NCBI GenBank assembly: GCA_041659685.1
Contig: JBAZXV010000001.1
Span: 24,226-88,225, forward strand
Reading direction: 5' to 3'
DNA from: Parcubacteria group bacterium
Lineage (GTDB): Bacteria > Patescibacteriota > Minisyncoccia > Moranbacterales > UBA11712
DNA length: 64,000 nucleotides
A model generated the notes under the pieces. That model had not been told where the DNA came from. It searched no databases and worked only from the letters and a program-made list of their open reading frames with translations. Made by a program: the position numbers and the translations under genes. Shown here piece after piece: positions 1-10,500 of the stretch (position 1 is its first letter; the number at the start of each line of letters is the position of its first letter).

Positions 1-72
1 ATAACGAAATTTCATGTCGAAGAAATAATTTTATATATCGCGGAATAATCATGTAAATGACCATTGAAGATA

Positions 73-1161
73 ATGAAAAAAAATGAATGTATCAATGTCA
101 CAAAGACATTTCTCCCGCCGATTAGGAAGTATCAAAAATATATAAAAAAAATATGGGAGAGTAATCAGCTCACGAATCAGGGTCCAATATTGAAACAACT
201 CGAATCAAATTTAAAAAAATACTTAGAAGTTAAGTATTTGCATTTTGTTACTAATGGAACCGTTGCTTTGCAACTATCACTCAAGGCTTTGGATATAGAA
301 GATGGAGAGATAATAACGACTCCCTTTTCTTATGTGGCGACAACATCATCCATTTTATGGGAAAGGTGCGAGCCAATTTTCGTGGATATAGAGAAAAACG
401 GATTTTCCATTGATCCCGATAAAATAGAGAAAGCGATAACGAAAAAAACTAAGGCAATCTTGGCAGTTCATGTCTTCGGATTTCCTTGTGATATTGAGAA
501 AATCGCAAAAATAGCCAAGAAGTATGATTTGAAAGTTATTTATGATAGTGCGCACGCTTTTGGGTCTTTGTATAAGGGAAGGCCATTGCCAATGTATGGG
601 GACATTTCGATCTGCAGTTTCCATTCTACCAAACTGTTCCATACAATCGAAGGCGGATGTGTTATTTCAAAGAGTAAGAAGGTTAGCGAAAAATTAAAAC
701 TAATGAAAAGGTTTGGTCACACCGGGGATATCCATTACAGCCTTGGAATAAACGCCAAGGCTTCCGAATTTCAAGCGGCAATGGGACTGTGCAATTTGGA
801 GTATGTCGATAAAATTATTAAAGCAAGAAAAAGGATTTGCTGCCTGTATGATAAATTTCTTAATAATATATTTACGAAACCAAAAGCCAGGAAAGGACTG
901 TCATATAACTACGCATATTATCCCATAGTTTTTAAAAGCGAAAAAGAACTTCGGAATGTTTTTAAATCATTAAAAAAAGAGAATATTTATCCCAGGCGTT
1001 ATTTCTATCCATCTCTTAATACTTTGCCATATTTAAGAAAAGAACAGAATTGTCCGGTTTCAGAAAGTGTTTCTAAAAGAATTGCGTGTCTGCCCTTATA
1101 TCCGGGAATAAAAACCGAAATCGTCAAAAAAATAAGCGCTATTATTAAATCGAGCTTATGA
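73..1161 (+). CDS. DegT/DnrJ/EryC1/StrS sugar aminotransferase (VioA-like, dTDP-4-amino-4,6-dideoxyhexose transaminase)
   Basis: Motifs NGTVAL, TTPFSYVAT, YDSAHAFG, SFHSTKLFHTIEGG (PLP lysine) and RRYFYP. ATG at 73 chosen over TTG at 64. Confidence 0.88.
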   Translation: MKKNECINVTKTFLPPIRKYQKYIKKIWESNQLTNQGPILKQLESNLKKYLEVKYLHFVTNGTVALQLSLKALDIEDGEIITTPFSYVATTSSILWERCEPIFVDIEKNGFSIDPDKIEKAITKKTKAILAVHVFGFPCDIEKIAKIAKKYDLKVIYDSAHAFGSLYKGRPLPMYGDISICSFHSTKLFHTIEGGCVISKSKKVSEKLKLMKRFGHTGDIHYSLGINAKASEFQAAMGLCNLEYVDKIIKARKRICCLYDKFLNNIFTKPKARKGLSYNYAYYPIVFKSEKELRNVFKSLKKENIYPRRYFYPSLNTLPYLRKEQNCPVSESVSKRIACLPLYPGIKTEIVKKISAIIKSSL

Positions 1162-1197
1162 AAATAATTATCGGAAAATTAAAAATGACAAAATAGT

Positions 1198-2493
1198 ATG
1201 AAAAATATCTTATTAACGGGCCAATGCACTCTTCATAAGGGCAGGATGGAATCCGGCAATATCGGAAATTACTATATTCTGGAGCCGCTAATACAGCAGA
1301 TAAAAAAAACGTTTCCAGGAGTCGATTTGCAAACAACATTCCAACTGACCGCGTCGTTTTGCAAAAGGGAGAAGGTTATATCTTTGCCGATGAACCTATA
1401 TTATTCTTGGTCCGAAAATGATTTAGATCTGGCCCTCAAAGAGTTGGGTATTGCTCTGATATTCCACAAAACAAATAAATTGATTTCCAAAACGCCCTTT
1501 ATAAGTGCAGTCATGGATAGTGATATGGTAATCGACTTTAGCGGAGATATTTGGGGCGACAATGCGGATTTGGTCGGAGATAACAGATTTTTGATCGGCT
1601 CAATAAAAGACAGAGTTGCTCAACTTTTAAAAAAGAAAACCGTTATGTTGGCTGGTTCCCCTGGTCCTTTCAAGGATGAGAATATCCTGAAGTTTGCTAA
1701 AGAAGTATATTCAGGTTTCGATTTAGTGACAAACAGAGAGTCAATCAGTAAAAAACTTTTAAGAAAGCAATCGTTTGACGTTTCCCGGACGAAGGACTAT
1801 GCCTGCCCGGCTTTTCTTTTCGAGTCCAAAAAAAATATCGAGAAAATTCTTGAGAAAGAAGGCTTGAACAATAGAAGCGAAACAAAGCTAGGCTTTATAT
1901 TATGCGGATGGAACTTCACAAAGGGTCCCTATAATAAGCCAAGAAGAAAAGATGCGGATTTTCTTCCGTTTGTGAAATTGATAGAGCACATATCCCGAAA
2001 TTATAGCCCCTCGATATATCTTCTTTCTCATTCAAACGGATTTGATGTCGTTAAAGACAAGTTTAAACTGAAACACGGACGAGACTATCCGATAATCAAA
2101 CAATTGGAAAACATTTTGAGGAAAAGGAAAGTTGCGAAAAAAATTCATTCCCTGAACGGTATTTATGATCCTTGGACAACCAAAGCCTTGATTGGAAATT
2201 TCGATATGCTTGTCAGTGGAAGAATTCACGGATCTGTGGCCGGTCTTTCCCAAATGATCCCTACGGTTATGATCGACTACGGCCATGAACCGAAAGCCCA
2301 CAAAATAAAAGGGTTCGCCGAAGTTGTTGGAGTAGGGAAATACGTCGCTGATCCGGTGCGGAAAAATGATCTGATAAATAAATTTGATAAATGTTGGAGT
2401 AAAAAAGATGAAATAAAAAAACTTCTGAAGAAAAGAATACCAAGGGTTAAGAAGCTAGCTTTACAAAATTTTAGCGACTTAAGAAATATATAG
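1198..2493 (+). CDS. Polysaccharide pyruvyl transferase family protein
   Basis: N-terminal GNIGN, SGDIWGD, GSPGPF, NRESIS, CPAFL and C-terminal GRIHGSV motifs typical of the WcaK/PS_pyruv_trans family. Confidence 0.75.
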   Translation: MKNILLTGQCTLHKGRMESGNIGNYYILEPLIQQIKKTFPGVDLQTTFQLTASFCKREKVISLPMNLYYSWSENDLDLALKELGIALIFHKTNKLISKTPFISAVMDSDMVIDFSGDIWGDNADLVGDNRFLIGSIKDRVAQLLKKKTVMLAGSPGPFKDENILKFAKEVYSGFDLVTNRESISKKLLRKQSFDVSRTKDYACPAFLFESKKNIEKILEKEGLNNRSETKLGFILCGWNFTKGPYNKPRRKDADFLPFVKLIEHISRNYSPSIYLLSHSNGFDVVKDKFKLKHGRDYPIIKQLENILRKRKVAKKIHSLNGIYDPWTTKALIGNFDMLVSGRIHGSVAGLSQMIPTVMIDYGHEPKAHKIKGFAEVVGVGKYVADPVRKNDLINKFDKCWSKKDEIKKLLKKRIPRVKKLALQNFSDLRNI

Positions 2494-2495
2494 AC

Positions 2496-3197
2496 ATGAA
2501 AATAGGCATCATGCAGCCTTATTTATTCCCTTACATCGGATATTTTCAATTAATTAAAGCAGTTGATATTTTTGTTGTTCATGACGATGTTCAATGGATA
2601 AAAGGGGGCTGGATTAATAGGAACAGAATATTATTCGATAATCAGGTAAAAACGTTGACTTTGGCAGTCAAAAAAAGAAGTAACTACGACAAAATAAACC
2701 AATTTGAGGTATCGGAAGATCACAATAATAGAAATCTATACCTCAACAGAATAGCAAGCGCTTATGCGAAAGCCCCTTTTTTCAAACAAGTATATCCGAT
2801 TATTGAAGGGATTATACTGATGCGCACTTGTAATCTGAGCGATCTGATTGTCTATTCTCTTGAAACGGTAAAACGCTATCTTGAGATTGATACGAAGATA
2901 ATATTGTCGTCAGATATCGAGAAGAATAATTCACTGTGCGCCCAGGAGCGAGTCATAAACATATGCAAATCGCTGAACTCCGCAACTTATACTAATCCAA
3001 TTGGCGGAATGGAACTATATAAAAAAGAGGACTTCGCTGAACATAATTTGAAGCTGTATTTTATAAAGCCGGATGAAATTAGATATGAACAATTTGGCCA
3101 AGGTAGCATAGCCAACTTATCGATCATCGACGTTCTTATGTTCAATAACCAACAAACAATAAGGAGTATGCTAAACGACTATATCCTAATTGAATAA
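2496..3197 (+). CDS. WbqC family protein
   Basis: Hallmark MQPYLFPYIGYFQLI...DDVQW...WINRNRI, Y-x-N-PIGG and LSIIDVLM motifs. Confidence 0.9.
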   Translation: MKIGIMQPYLFPYIGYFQLIKAVDIFVVHDDVQWIKGGWINRNRILFDNQVKTLTLAVKKRSNYDKINQFEVSEDHNNRNLYLNRIASAYAKAPFFKQVYPIIEGIILMRTCNLSDLIVYSLETVKRYLEIDTKIILSSDIEKNNSLCAQERVINICKSLNSATYTNPIGGMELYKKEDFAEHNLKLYFIKPDEIRYEQFGQGSIANLSIIDVLMFNNQQTIRSMLNDYILIE

Positions 3198-3642
3198 TAA
3201 TATTGACAAGGTCATGAAATATAAGGAAAATGCCGCCGTCTTTAAAGATATTATTGATCATATTGATAACTGTGATATCAAGGTGATCCTTGAAAAGGAT
3301 GTGAACATAAAAGAATACGTAAATAAATTATTGCATTACGCCGAGCGTTTTGAAGCTTGGCAGGGAAATAAATTAGTCGGATTAGTAGCCGCTTATCTGA
3401 ATGATTATCAATCGAAACAGGCTTTTATCACGTATGTTGGTGTAAGGAAAAGCTCTATCGGCCGAGGAATCGCGAGCTCGCTGTTAGAGCAAGTTTTAAG
3501 TAAAGCAAAAGAACTTCAATTTTTAAAAATTAATCTTGAAGTAAATAGTGACAATGTTCCAGCAATCAAACTATATGAAAAATTTGGCTTCAGCGCCACA
3601 GATACAAGTTTATCAAAAATAACTATGTCAAAATTGCTGTGA
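3190..3642 (+). CDS. GNAT family N-acetyltransferase
   Basis: Acetyl-CoA motif V...GRGIASSLL and LEVNSDNVPAIKLYEKFGF. Start could be ATG at 3214. Confidence 0.85.
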   Translation: MNNNIDKVMKYKENAAVFKDIIDHIDNCDIKVILEKDVNIKEYVNKLLHYAERFEAWQGNKLVGLVAAYLNDYQSKQAFITYVGVRKSSIGRGIASSLLEQVLSKAKELQFLKINLEVNSDNVPAIKLYEKFGFSATDTSLSKITMSKLL

Positions 3643-4550
3643 TAAATACTCCCAAAATCTCAATTCTTTGCTCAACATACAATCATGAGAAATACATAAG
3701 GCAGACCCTTGAGACTTTTGTGATGCAAAAAACCAATTTCAATTTCGAGGTGCTGGTACATGATGATGCTTCAACAGACGGTACCCAGTCGGTTATTAAG
3801 GAGTTTGAGGAAAAATATCCGGGCATAGTGAAGTCAGTTTTTCAAATAGAAAATCAATATTCGAAGGGAATTCGAAGGGCTATAACGAAATTTCTTTTGC
3901 CTATAGCAGAAGGGGAATATATTCTGCTTTGCAACGGAGATGATTATTTTACCGATGAAAATAAGCTACAAATCCAAGCTGATTTTCTGGATAAAAATCC
4001 GGAATATTCGATGTGTTTTCACCCGACAAGATGGTTTTTTGAAAACAACGAGGAACCAGATTCCATTTTTCCTGAATATAAGGAGGGCGCCAAATTTACA
4101 ACGGAAAAGTTGCTGGAAGGCAATTTTATGAACACGAACGCCGTGATGTATCGGCGCCAAGATTATTCAAGGATTACCAAAAAAAATATTGTTCCAGGAG
4201 ACTGGTATCTGCACTTATATCATGCAAGATTTGGTAGAATCGGATTTATTAATAAAGTGATGGCTGCTTATCGCAGACACGAAAACGGAATCTGGTGGAG
4301 TTCTTATAAAAATCCGGACATGATACTTAAAACTCATGGATCCGCACATCTGACTATGTATTTTGAACTACTAAAATTATATCCCGAAAAAAAATATAGG
4401 GACATAATTTTCGGCAACGTAAGCGGATTATTTCGGCAGCTTGAGAGAATTGACAAAAAAGGGGGAGTCAAAATACTCGAAAGAATAGCTTCAGAATTTC
4501 CAGGCGAGATATTTGATTTTTTGATGTATAATATGAATAATAGGAAATGA
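3639..4550 (+). CDS. Glycosyltransferase family 2
   Basis: ISILCSTYNHE, HDDASTDGT, CNGDDY and GDWYLHL motifs. Confidence 0.88.
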   Translation: MINTPKISILCSTYNHEKYIRQTLETFVMQKTNFNFEVLVHDDASTDGTQSVIKEFEEKYPGIVKSVFQIENQYSKGIRRAITKFLLPIAEGEYILLCNGDDYFTDENKLQIQADFLDKNPEYSMCFHPTRWFFENNEEPDSIFPEYKEGAKFTTEKLLEGNFMNTNAVMYRRQDYSRITKKNIVPGDWYLHLYHARFGRIGFINKVMAAYRRHENGIWWSSYKNPDMILKTHGSAHLTMYFELLKLYPEKKYRDIIFGNVSGLFRQLERIDKKGGVKILERIASEFPGEIFDFLMYNMNNRK

Positions 4551-4614
4551 CATATTTTCTACAAATTTATTGAGTTAAATTAGGTTAATATCAAGATATA
4601 ACAGTGCTAAGTTT

Positions 4615-7590
4615 ATGAAATTTACAGGAGAAAGAATGATGCCGGAAATAAACAAAGACGGGGAAATATATCTGGAGCATATGAACCGGTATTTTTTCGC
4701 ATCCCAATTTGTCAAAGGAAAAAATGTTCTGGATATAGCCTGTGGCACCGGTTACGGATCGTTTCATCTCTCCAAAGCCGGTGCGGAGAGCGTCATAGGC
4801 GTGGATATATCGGAGGAAGCAATAGATTACTGCAAAGAAAAATATTCGTCGCCGAACGTGAAATATCTTGTTGGAACCGTTGAAAGTATTCCATTGGAAG
4901 ATGATTCTGTCGACGTAGTCGTATCAATGGAAACCATCGAGCACGTGAGGGAACCTGCGCAGAAACGATTCATGCAGGAAGTCAAGAGAGTATTAAGAAA
5001 GGGCGGTTTATTCATTGTTTCAACTCCGAACAATTTGATTCATCCGAAAGGCAATCCTTACCACAAGAAAGAATTTAGACCCGACGAATTTGAAAAATTC
5101 TTGAAAAACTATTTCTCGCACTCAGTTGCAATGTATCAAGACCACATCGAATGCAATTTTATTTTTTCCAAAGATTATATCAATTCGGAAATTATCAGTA
5201 GCGACAGCAAAGAAATTCAATTGAGGAAAATCGGTGATATGAATTATTTAGATAGTGAGTTCGTAGTGGCTGTTTGTTCTAATCAGAAAATAAATAAGAA
5301 AAAATTGGAAGGTTATGTAACGCTATTCAATAAAAGGACAAAATTTATCTATGAAGAATACGCAAAAGAATTCAACAAATTGAGAGAAGCTGAATTAGCC
5401 GATCTTCTCAGAATTGCGGATGACCGAGGAAAAGAGATAGGAAGACTCAACAATCTAATTAAATTGAAAGATGAAAAAATAAGAGTGGAAGAAAAAACAA
5501 TTGTGCGGGAGAAAAAAATGTTTGAGATGGAAAGATCAGAAATACAAAAAAAAGACCAGGAAATTAATAGCCTTGACCGAACAATCCAGCAAAAAAATCA
5601 AATGATCCAGCAGAAAGACCAAGCAATTCAGAAAAGAGATCAGGAAATTCAGAAAAGAGACCAAGCAATTCAGAAAAAAGATCAGGAAATTGACTTCATT
5701 AAATCATCAAAATTCTGGAAGGCAAGGAAACTTTATGTGAGGATAAAATATTTTCGGCCAGGCAATGTCGCGGAATTGCTTTCAAGGGCAATGGATGTTT
5801 TGAAAAAAGACGGAGCCAGGAAATTTTTGTGGTCATTATATAAGTATATTCTTCATGGCAGGGGATATTTCAGGAAAACGGAAGAGAAAGCGGATAAAAT
5901 CGGCGATGATATATTTTTTTCCGACTACGAGATTTGGATTCAAAAAAATGAAATATGGAATGAAGGAGAGATAGAGAAAGAGATAGGGAAATTCACATAT
6001 AATCCCAAAATATCCATTGTTTTGCCGGTTCTTGATGCCGATGAAATTTTTCTCAGGAAAGCAATTTTTTCGGTCATTTATCAGGATTACCAAAATTGGG
6101 AACTTTGTGTTGCCGATAACGCATCGACGAAAAAAATCATAAGAAAGATATTGCAGGATTTTGAGAAAAAAGATTCCAGAATAAAAGTCTTGTTTTTGGA
6201 CAAGCGGAAGAGTTTTTCTGCCGCAATGAACGAGGCGGCAGAAATGGCAACCGGAGATTTCATCGCTTTTCTGGGACAGCATGACGAACTATCTCCCGCC
6301 GCTTTTTTTGAAAACGTAAAATTATTGAATATCAAATCAAAATTTGATTTAATATACAGCGATGAGGACAAGGTGAATGAAAGCGGCACCAGATATGATT
6401 ATAACTTCAAGCCGGATTGGAGTCCGGAACTCCTTATAAGTAAGGATTATATCGGAAATTTTGCGCTGATAAGGAAAAAATTATTCGACAAGATAAAGGG
6501 TTTCCGGGAAGAGTTTGATGGAGCGCATGCTTACGATTTTATGTTAAGATTGTCAGAGATTTCCAGCAGGATTGCGCATATACCCCGTATCCTTTATCAT
6601 TCCATAATTTTACCTGCGCCAATTTCAGAGTTGGAAAAGATAAGACTTGTCGAAATGGGCAAGCAGGCCTTGCAAGAAGCTTTTGAAAGAAGGAAAATAA
6701 AAGGCAAAGCGATTGTGTCGGATCTGGCCGAAAAAGATCATTTGGGAATTTACAGTATCAAATTCAATCCCGCAGATTTCAAAGAGAAAGTAACGATAAT
6801 CATACCGACCAAGGACAAGATTAATTTGCTGAAAAAATGCATAGAGAGCATTAAAAAGAAAACCAACTACGATAATTATAATATTCTTGTAGTTGATAAC
6901 AATAGCGAGAAAAAAGAAACTTTTGATTTCTTGAAAAAAGAAAAAATAAATTTTGTCAGCATCCCGACTGAAAATTTTAATTATGCAAGAATTCATAATC
7001 TCGTGATGAAAAAAGTTGATACCGAACTGGTGCTGTTTTTAAATAACGATACGGAGGTTATCTCTCCTGACTGGCTGCTGAATATGGTCGGCACAATCTC
7101 GCTGAATGAAAAAATTGGAGTCGTAGGGGCGAAACTAATATACGGGGACAAGAAAGTCCAGCATTGCGGAGTCATTGTCGGACTTAGCCATTTAACTGCC
7201 GATCACGCCAATAAGTTGATTGATTATAAATCGCCCGGTTACCAGGGCTATAATTTGGCAATACGCAATTATTCGGCGGTGACGGCGGCCTGCATGCTGA
7301 CCAAAAGAAGCTTATTTGAAAAAGTCAAAGGCTTCGACGAAGAAAATCTCGCGGTCGCTTTCAACGATGTTGATTATTGTTTGAAGCTAATAGCTTCCGG
7401 ACATAGAATTGTTTGTAATCCGAACGCACTGCTTTTTCATCACGAGAGCAAAAGCCGGGGGGGGTCCGGGCATAATCTCAAAGAGCCAAAATATTTCAGC
7501 GAAAAATGGGAAAAGGTGACCCGGAAAGATCCATTTTATAACATTAATTTTTCACTCGAAGATGGTTTATTCAGGCTCAAAAAAAACTAA
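4615..7590 (+). CDS. Multidomain SAM methyltransferase / coiled-coil / GT2 / GT2 glycan synthase
   Basis: N-terminal FTGER...EHMNRY...VLDIACGTGYG...ETIEHV...STPN class I MTase, then heptad repeats, then two GT2 domains (ISIVLP...YSDEDK; IIIPTKD...VDNNS...FLNNDTEV...AVTAAC...NDVDYCL...HHESKSRG). Confidence 0.88.
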   Translation: MKFTGERMMPEINKDGEIYLEHMNRYFFASQFVKGKNVLDIACGTGYGSFHLSKAGAESVIGVDISEEAIDYCKEKYSSPNVKYLVGTVESIPLEDDSVDVVVSMETIEHVREPAQKRFMQEVKRVLRKGGLFIVSTPNNLIHPKGNPYHKKEFRPDEFEKFLKNYFSHSVAMYQDHIECNFIFSKDYINSEIISSDSKEIQLRKIGDMNYLDSEFVVAVCSNQKINKKKLEGYVTLFNKRTKFIYEEYAKEFNKLREAELADLLRIADDRGKEIGRLNNLIKLKDEKIRVEEKTIVREKKMFEMERSEIQKKDQEINSLDRTIQQKNQMIQQKDQAIQKRDQEIQKRDQAIQKKDQEIDFIKSSKFWKARKLYVRIKYFRPGNVAELLSRAMDVLKKDGARKFLWSLYKYILHGRGYFRKTEEKADKIGDDIFFSDYEIWIQKNEIWNEGEIEKEIGKFTYNPKISIVLPVLDADEIFLRKAIFSVIYQDYQNWELCVADNASTKKIIRKILQDFEKKDSRIKVLFLDKRKSFSAAMNEAAEMATGDFIAFLGQHDELSPAAFFENVKLLNIKSKFDLIYSDEDKVNESGTRYDYNFKPDWSPELLISKDYIGNFALIRKKLFDKIKGFREEFDGAHAYDFMLRLSEISSRIAHIPRILYHSIILPAPISELEKIRLVEMGKQALQEAFERRKIKGKAIVSDLAEKDHLGIYSIKFNPADFKEKVTIIIPTKDKINLLKKCIESIKKKTNYDNYNILVVDNNSEKKETFDFLKKEKINFVSIPTENFNYARIHNLVMKKVDTELVLFLNNDTEVISPDWLLNMVGTISLNEKIGVVGAKLIYGDKKVQHCGVIVGLSHLTADHANKLIDYKSPGYQGYNLAIRNYSAVTAACMLTKRSLFEKVKGFDEENLAVAFNDVDYCLKLIASGHRIVCNPNALLFHHESKSRGGSGHNLKEPKYFSEKWEKVTRKDPFYNINFSLEDGLFRLKKN
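5542..5688 (+). repeat. Seven tandem 21-bp units encoding heptads (IQKKDQE-like coiled coil)
   Basis: Units read IQKKDQE, INSLDRT, IQQKNQM, IQQKDQA, IQKRDQE, IQKRDQA, IQKKDQE. The last four are near-identical at nucleotide level with a 42-bp period. Confidence 0.9.
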
Positions 7591-10500
7591 CAGAAAGAGC
7601 ATTCTATTAGTCACTCATAATCTGAATTTGGAAGGCGCGCCGCTGTTTCTTTTTAATTTGGCCAAGGGGTTGAAAAAAATGGGATACTATGTCAATCTGC
7701 TCTCCCCTTCGGACGGACCTCTGAAAGACACTTTCCTGAGGGAAGGGATTGATGTCGACATATCTGATTTTGCGGCGAAAGAGTTTGACAGTTCCAGTTT
7801 CAAGGGAAAATATGTCGCCATTATAGTCAACACGATTGTCGGATACAAATTCCTGAGCAAAATTGATCTTAAAAAAGAAAAAACAATCTGGTGCCTGCAT
7901 GAGAGTGAAAGAGAGATATATTTCAGGGCTTTTCCCGATTTGGAAAAAAGCATATTTGCTCGGGTCGGCAAAGTCGTTTTTTCTTCCAAGGCCACGAGGG
8001 AAGTCTATGAAGATCTGAATATCAGCGGTAATTTCACGATCATAAATACCGTCGGCGACTGGAAAGAAATAGACAATTATTTGAAAAACAATTCAAAAGA
8101 AAAAGTGAGAGAAAGATATGGATTTAAGGAAAGCGATGTGCTGATTAGTCAGATTGGTACAATTTGTCCGAGAAAAGGGCAGTTTGAACTAACTGAGGCG
8201 GCGGTTTCCATCTTGAAAAAATCAAACAACCCAAATATAAAATTTCTTTTGATCGGCGGGGGAAGAGGATATGAGCTCGAAAAAACAATTCGCAAGCTGA
8301 TAAGCGCAAATGGCCTTCGGGATCGAATAATCATAGTCAATGAAACCGAACAAATATTTGATTACTATTTGATGAGCGATATTTTTATCTGTAATTCATA
8401 TATTGAAGCGTTTCCGCTAAGCATTCTCGAGGCGATGGCGTTCAGCTTGCCGATTATTTCGACGGACGTCTATGGGATTTCGGAACAGATTGAAGACGGG
8501 AAAGACGGGCTCTTGATTATGGCCGGAGACAAAAAGGAGCTTGAGAAAAAAATTCTGTATTTACTGGAAAACAAGAAAAAAGCGAAAGAGTTGGGAAAGA
8601 ATGCCAGGAAGAAAATAGATTATGAATTTGGCTTTGATGAAATGATAAACAAATACAGCCGGTTGATTTCCAGTAAGGCATCCGGCGCACATCTAAAGGT
8701 CTCTGTTGTCGTGCCAAACTATAACTACGAAAATTTTTTGGAGGAGAGATTACGGTCTATTGTTCTCCAAACCTATAAGCCATACGAGATAATATTTTTG
8801 GATGATAACTCCAAAGATGGCAGTGTTGAGCTTGCAAAGAATTTTCTGTCAAAGATCGATATTCCCCATAAAATCATAAAGAACGAATCAAATGTCGGGT
8901 GCTTCAAACAATGGGCAAGAGGTGTCCGTGAAGCAGTCGGCGATCTTATTTGGATTGCGGAGGCTGACGATTCCTGCGAACCGGACTTGCTGGAAGAGTT
9001 GGCTACTAAATTCGAAGATCCCGAGATGGGCCTTGCTTATACTCAGTCCAGAAGGATTGACGAATTTGGAAAAAAAGAAGAAACATATCTGCCTTATCTC
9101 GAATCGATTCCGGGAGCGGGCAGCCGCTGGAAAAAAGATTATATAAATTCCGGTGCAGATGAAATTTCCAAGTATTTAATAATAAAAAATACCATTGTTA
9201 ATGCCAGTGCAGTCCTGATGCGAAAGAGTCTGCTTGTGGATTTAGGGGAGAATATTGGGGAGGGATTAAGCCAGGCAGGCGACTGGATCACTTATGTTCG
9301 GATTCTTTCCAAATCGAAAATTGCGTTCGTGGCCGCTCCTTTGAATTATCATCGTCATCACAGCAAAACGATTGTTTCCCGTTCCGGCGAAAATACCGAA
9401 GCAAAAGCAAAACAATTGATCGATGAAACGCTCTACGTGCAAAAATTTATTTTATCCCGCTTCAAGGTGAATCGAAGGCGTTTGACCTTCGCTCTTGAAC
9501 ATCTGAAATTAGTTTTTAGAAATAATTTCAGAAAAGAATTAGACGCTTCTTCTGAATATTCAGATAAGCTGAAAGATTATTATGAGGCCGCAAAAAATTC
9601 GCAAAAAAGAATATTATTCTTTTCAACTAATGATGGGTGGGGAGGATCGGAAGTGGCATGCGCCAAAATGGCGCAAAGCTTTGCTGCAGCAGGATGGCGC
9701 GTTGCTCTGGTAATGAGAAAGCATGATCCGCGGCCTGATCTGCTTAATTCCATTGATTCGGGCAGTTCGATCGAATTATTCGAGAGAGAACCTGGCGACT
9801 ATTGCAACTCAGATGAAACATCTGAATTTGTAAATGAATTTGATGCCGACATAGTTTATATCTCTCAGGGACATGCGTTTGAATCGGCTGAACTTATGCG
9901 GTGGTGCAAAAAAAATGAATTCAAATATGTAAATTTTATACCGCTGGTGACGGAATACCAGCTGACATTTGTGAATGACAAAAAGGATATCGAAAAAAAT
10001 GGAGAGCTCCTTCGAGCTTCGAAAAAAATATTTCTGGACAACCAAAATGCCAAAAAAGTAATGCGTAAGATGTTCAATATCGCATTTGATAATTTTAAAA
10101 TTATTCGCAACGGGTTTGACGTCCAATATCACCAGGAATTTGTTTGGAATGAACCAAAGGGTGATGAATTTAAGCTAGCGTTTATAGGAAGACTGGAGAA
10201 CGTGCACAAGGGGCTGGATATGCTGATCGAAGTTCTTTCTATGAAAAAGTGGAAAGGAAGACCTCTTAAGGTGATGACATACGGTCATGGCCCATCTGAA
10301 GAATCCATCAGGCAAACACTGGAAAGGAATAAGATGAGTAATTTTGTTTTATGCGGATATACGAACAATCTGAAAGATTCAATTCAAGGGGTCCATGGGG
10401 TGATTTTTCCTTCCAGAATGGAGGGTACGCCTATTTCGCTTGTAGACAGTCTCCTGTGCTACCGAATGGCAATCGTAACCCCTGTGGGCGGCATGCCGGA

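Noticed and set aside
5542-5688. CRISPR-like reading of the 21-bp repeats
   Set aside because: The units are contiguous, in frame and coding, with no spacers.
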